Position numbers and translations under genes: made by a program
Notes under the pieces: generated by a model
Databases searched by the model: none
What the model saw: the letters and a program-made list of their open reading frames with translations, nothing else
What the model was told of the DNA's origin: nothing
Part shown: in pieces, positions 62,305 through 64,000 of the stretch
Layout: every line of letters starts with the position of its first letter
How positions within the stretch are numbered: position 1 is the first letter of the stretch
NCBI GenBank assembly: GCA_964016885.1
Contig: OZ024757.1
Coordinates: 1,674,001-1,738,000, forward strand
Direction: 5' to 3'
DNA length: 64,000 bases
From: Eledone cirrhosa
Taxonomy: Eukaryota

Positions 62305-62625
62305 TAAACACTAAATACCGGTCGCTCTCCGACAGGTTTGCAGTCGTGCCCTTGGCTGTGGAGACTTCTGGTGTACTTGGCCCTAAGGCTACCTCCCTAC
62401 TTACCACCATAGGCGCTGAGATGGCTACCTGTAGCAGTGGAGACTTCTGGTGTCCTTGGCCCTAGGGCTACCTGCCTACTTACCACCATAGGCGCTGAGC
62501 TGGCCAGCCGCAGGTGTGAGCCTCGCAAGATGGAATGGCTCTTCCAACGCATCTCCCTTTCTATCCTCCGGAGAAACGTCTTCTCCATTCTGTCCGCCGG
62601 GTCTATGGGCGGCCAGCACGTGGGA
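62305..62625 (+). mobile_element. CRE-like endonuclease C-terminal fragment with ~80-bp internal duplication
   Basis: KYRSLSDRFAVVPLAVETSGVLGP...EPRKMEWLFQRISLSILRRN. Confidence 0.75.
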
Positions 62626-62978
62626 TCCCAATTGCTCATAATGCAGAGAGATGGGGAAGGCGAGAGAGATGGAGGTGATGACGGTGGGAGTTCGGCTCTT
62701 CCGTGTTCGGATACATTGCACCTGCCACAAGGATCATGTGATATTTTTTTAGAAATCTGTAGTTCACATATGTTTATATTTGGCGAAAGTTGCTTATATT
62801 GAAACAATTACTAACGACCGCGGAAGGAAAGGTTGACCACAGTGAGATTTGAACTTAGAACTGAGACAAAGTGCTGGTAAGCACTAAACACCACATCTGA
62901 TGGCTGTGTCACTATTTGTTACCTACGACAGGTTCTGGGCCGAGAAGCGACCGATACTTCTACATTATTGGAGTTCAG

Positions 62979-63436
62979 GGCGATATCCAATTTTAGCGGC
63001 CTAAATGCCGCTTACTTGCTGTAGTTGCTGCTTACTTCAATGTATGAGGCTATTCCAACAAATTTACATTCCCTTTTTTTTAGCCGTTAAAAGAAATAGA
63101 TTTATTTATTGTTTTTTTTTTTTGCGATTTATTTGCCACTGGGGCATAGATTTCTTTATTTGCCACGTTTTTGTTTGTTTGTTTTTTTGCGATTTATTAG
63201 CCTTTTGGGGTCACACACACCCCCGTAGAAAGTGTGCGACCTTTCTGCCAGGGAGCACAGAGAGAGGGGGGTGCTCCCTTCTTCTCTTACCTGTACAAAC
63301 CATTTGTTGGCCGGCGACATATCCCACAGTTTCCTCGTTCTGGGAATGTAAATTTGTTGGAATAGCCTCATACATTGAAGTAAGCAGCAACTACAGCAAG
63401 TAAGCGGCATTTAGGCCGCTAAAATTGGATATCGCC
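62979..63436. mobile_element. MITE, Merlin-like
   Basis: Apparently perfect ~95-bp TIRs starting GGCGA; 8-bp TSD gagttcag at 62971-62978 and 63437-63444. Confidence 0.85.
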
Positions 63437-63771
63437 GAGTTCAGTTTATGGGACAACTGGAACACTCATCAACGAACCGACGGGGATCCATCATCATCAA
63501 ATTAACTGATGTAATGATTGTGTTAATGAGGAAGGTAGAAAGGGAGGATGATAAAATGACAAGAGAGTTATTTAAAGGGAAGCAACTCTTATTATAAAGG
63601 GAGAGAGATAGGGAGATAAAGAGAGGGGTAAAGAGAGAGATAGGTAGATAAAGAGAGAAAGAGGCGTAGTATTTGGATTTCGAATGAATTTTGGTGTCGT
63701 CTCTTGTGACTGGTTCGTATAATTTATTGACTTTATTATCTTTGGTTAGTCCTACACTGGGTCCTTGAGCA

Positions 63772-63965
63772 AGACACTCTACTTCACCTTGCTCCAGTCC
63801 ACTTTGATTTGTATCTGTAATTCAAGGTCCCTCCATGTCACATGTGGAGGTGTTGGACTTACGATCATAATGTCGTGGGTTCTATTCCTGGGTTGTGTGT
63901 TGTGTTCTTGAGCAAAACACTTCATTTCATGTTGTTCCAGTATACTCAGCTGGAAATGAGTACCA
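63772..63965 (+). mobile_element. tRNA-derived SINE fragments
   Basis: ccttgagcaagacact..ttcac.ttgctccagt occurs twice; same family as 14985-15094. Confidence 0.7.
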
Positions 63966-64000
63966 GTAATAGTTGGTTAGTTAACTTTGCGAAGGACTGG

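Overview
Eukaryotic, repeat-saturated window, most likely a cephalopod (octopus-like) genome; this assignment is inferred from the SINE/LINE families and the extreme (TA)n/(CA)n content. Nearly all long ORFs in the track are translations of microsatellites. The real content is a set of mostly 5'-truncated transposons sitting between (TA)n tracts: Penelope-like elements (PLEs, GIY-YIG fragments), CR1-type, RTE, Tx1/L1 and CRE-type LINE pieces, tRNA-derived SINEs, a DD37D (maT) Tc1/mariner deletion derivative, and Merlin-like and piggyBac-like MITEs. The main hidden layer is a dense set of type I hammerhead ribozyme (HHR) motifs: about 19 complete or near-complete motifs from about 13 unrelated sequence families between 5.5 and 42.6 kb. 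They lie in short PLE-type termini, often in fold-back arrangement. Variants include U3-A8 core swaps, a U-U pair at the base of stem II, very long or branched stem II, and a 758-nt HHR-to-HHR retrozyme-like unit. Also notable are a chimeric retrocopy of mature tRNA-Met fused to a LINE 3' tail, and a weak candidate for a minus-strand micro-exon host gene. All folds were read by eye; no database search or folding software was run.
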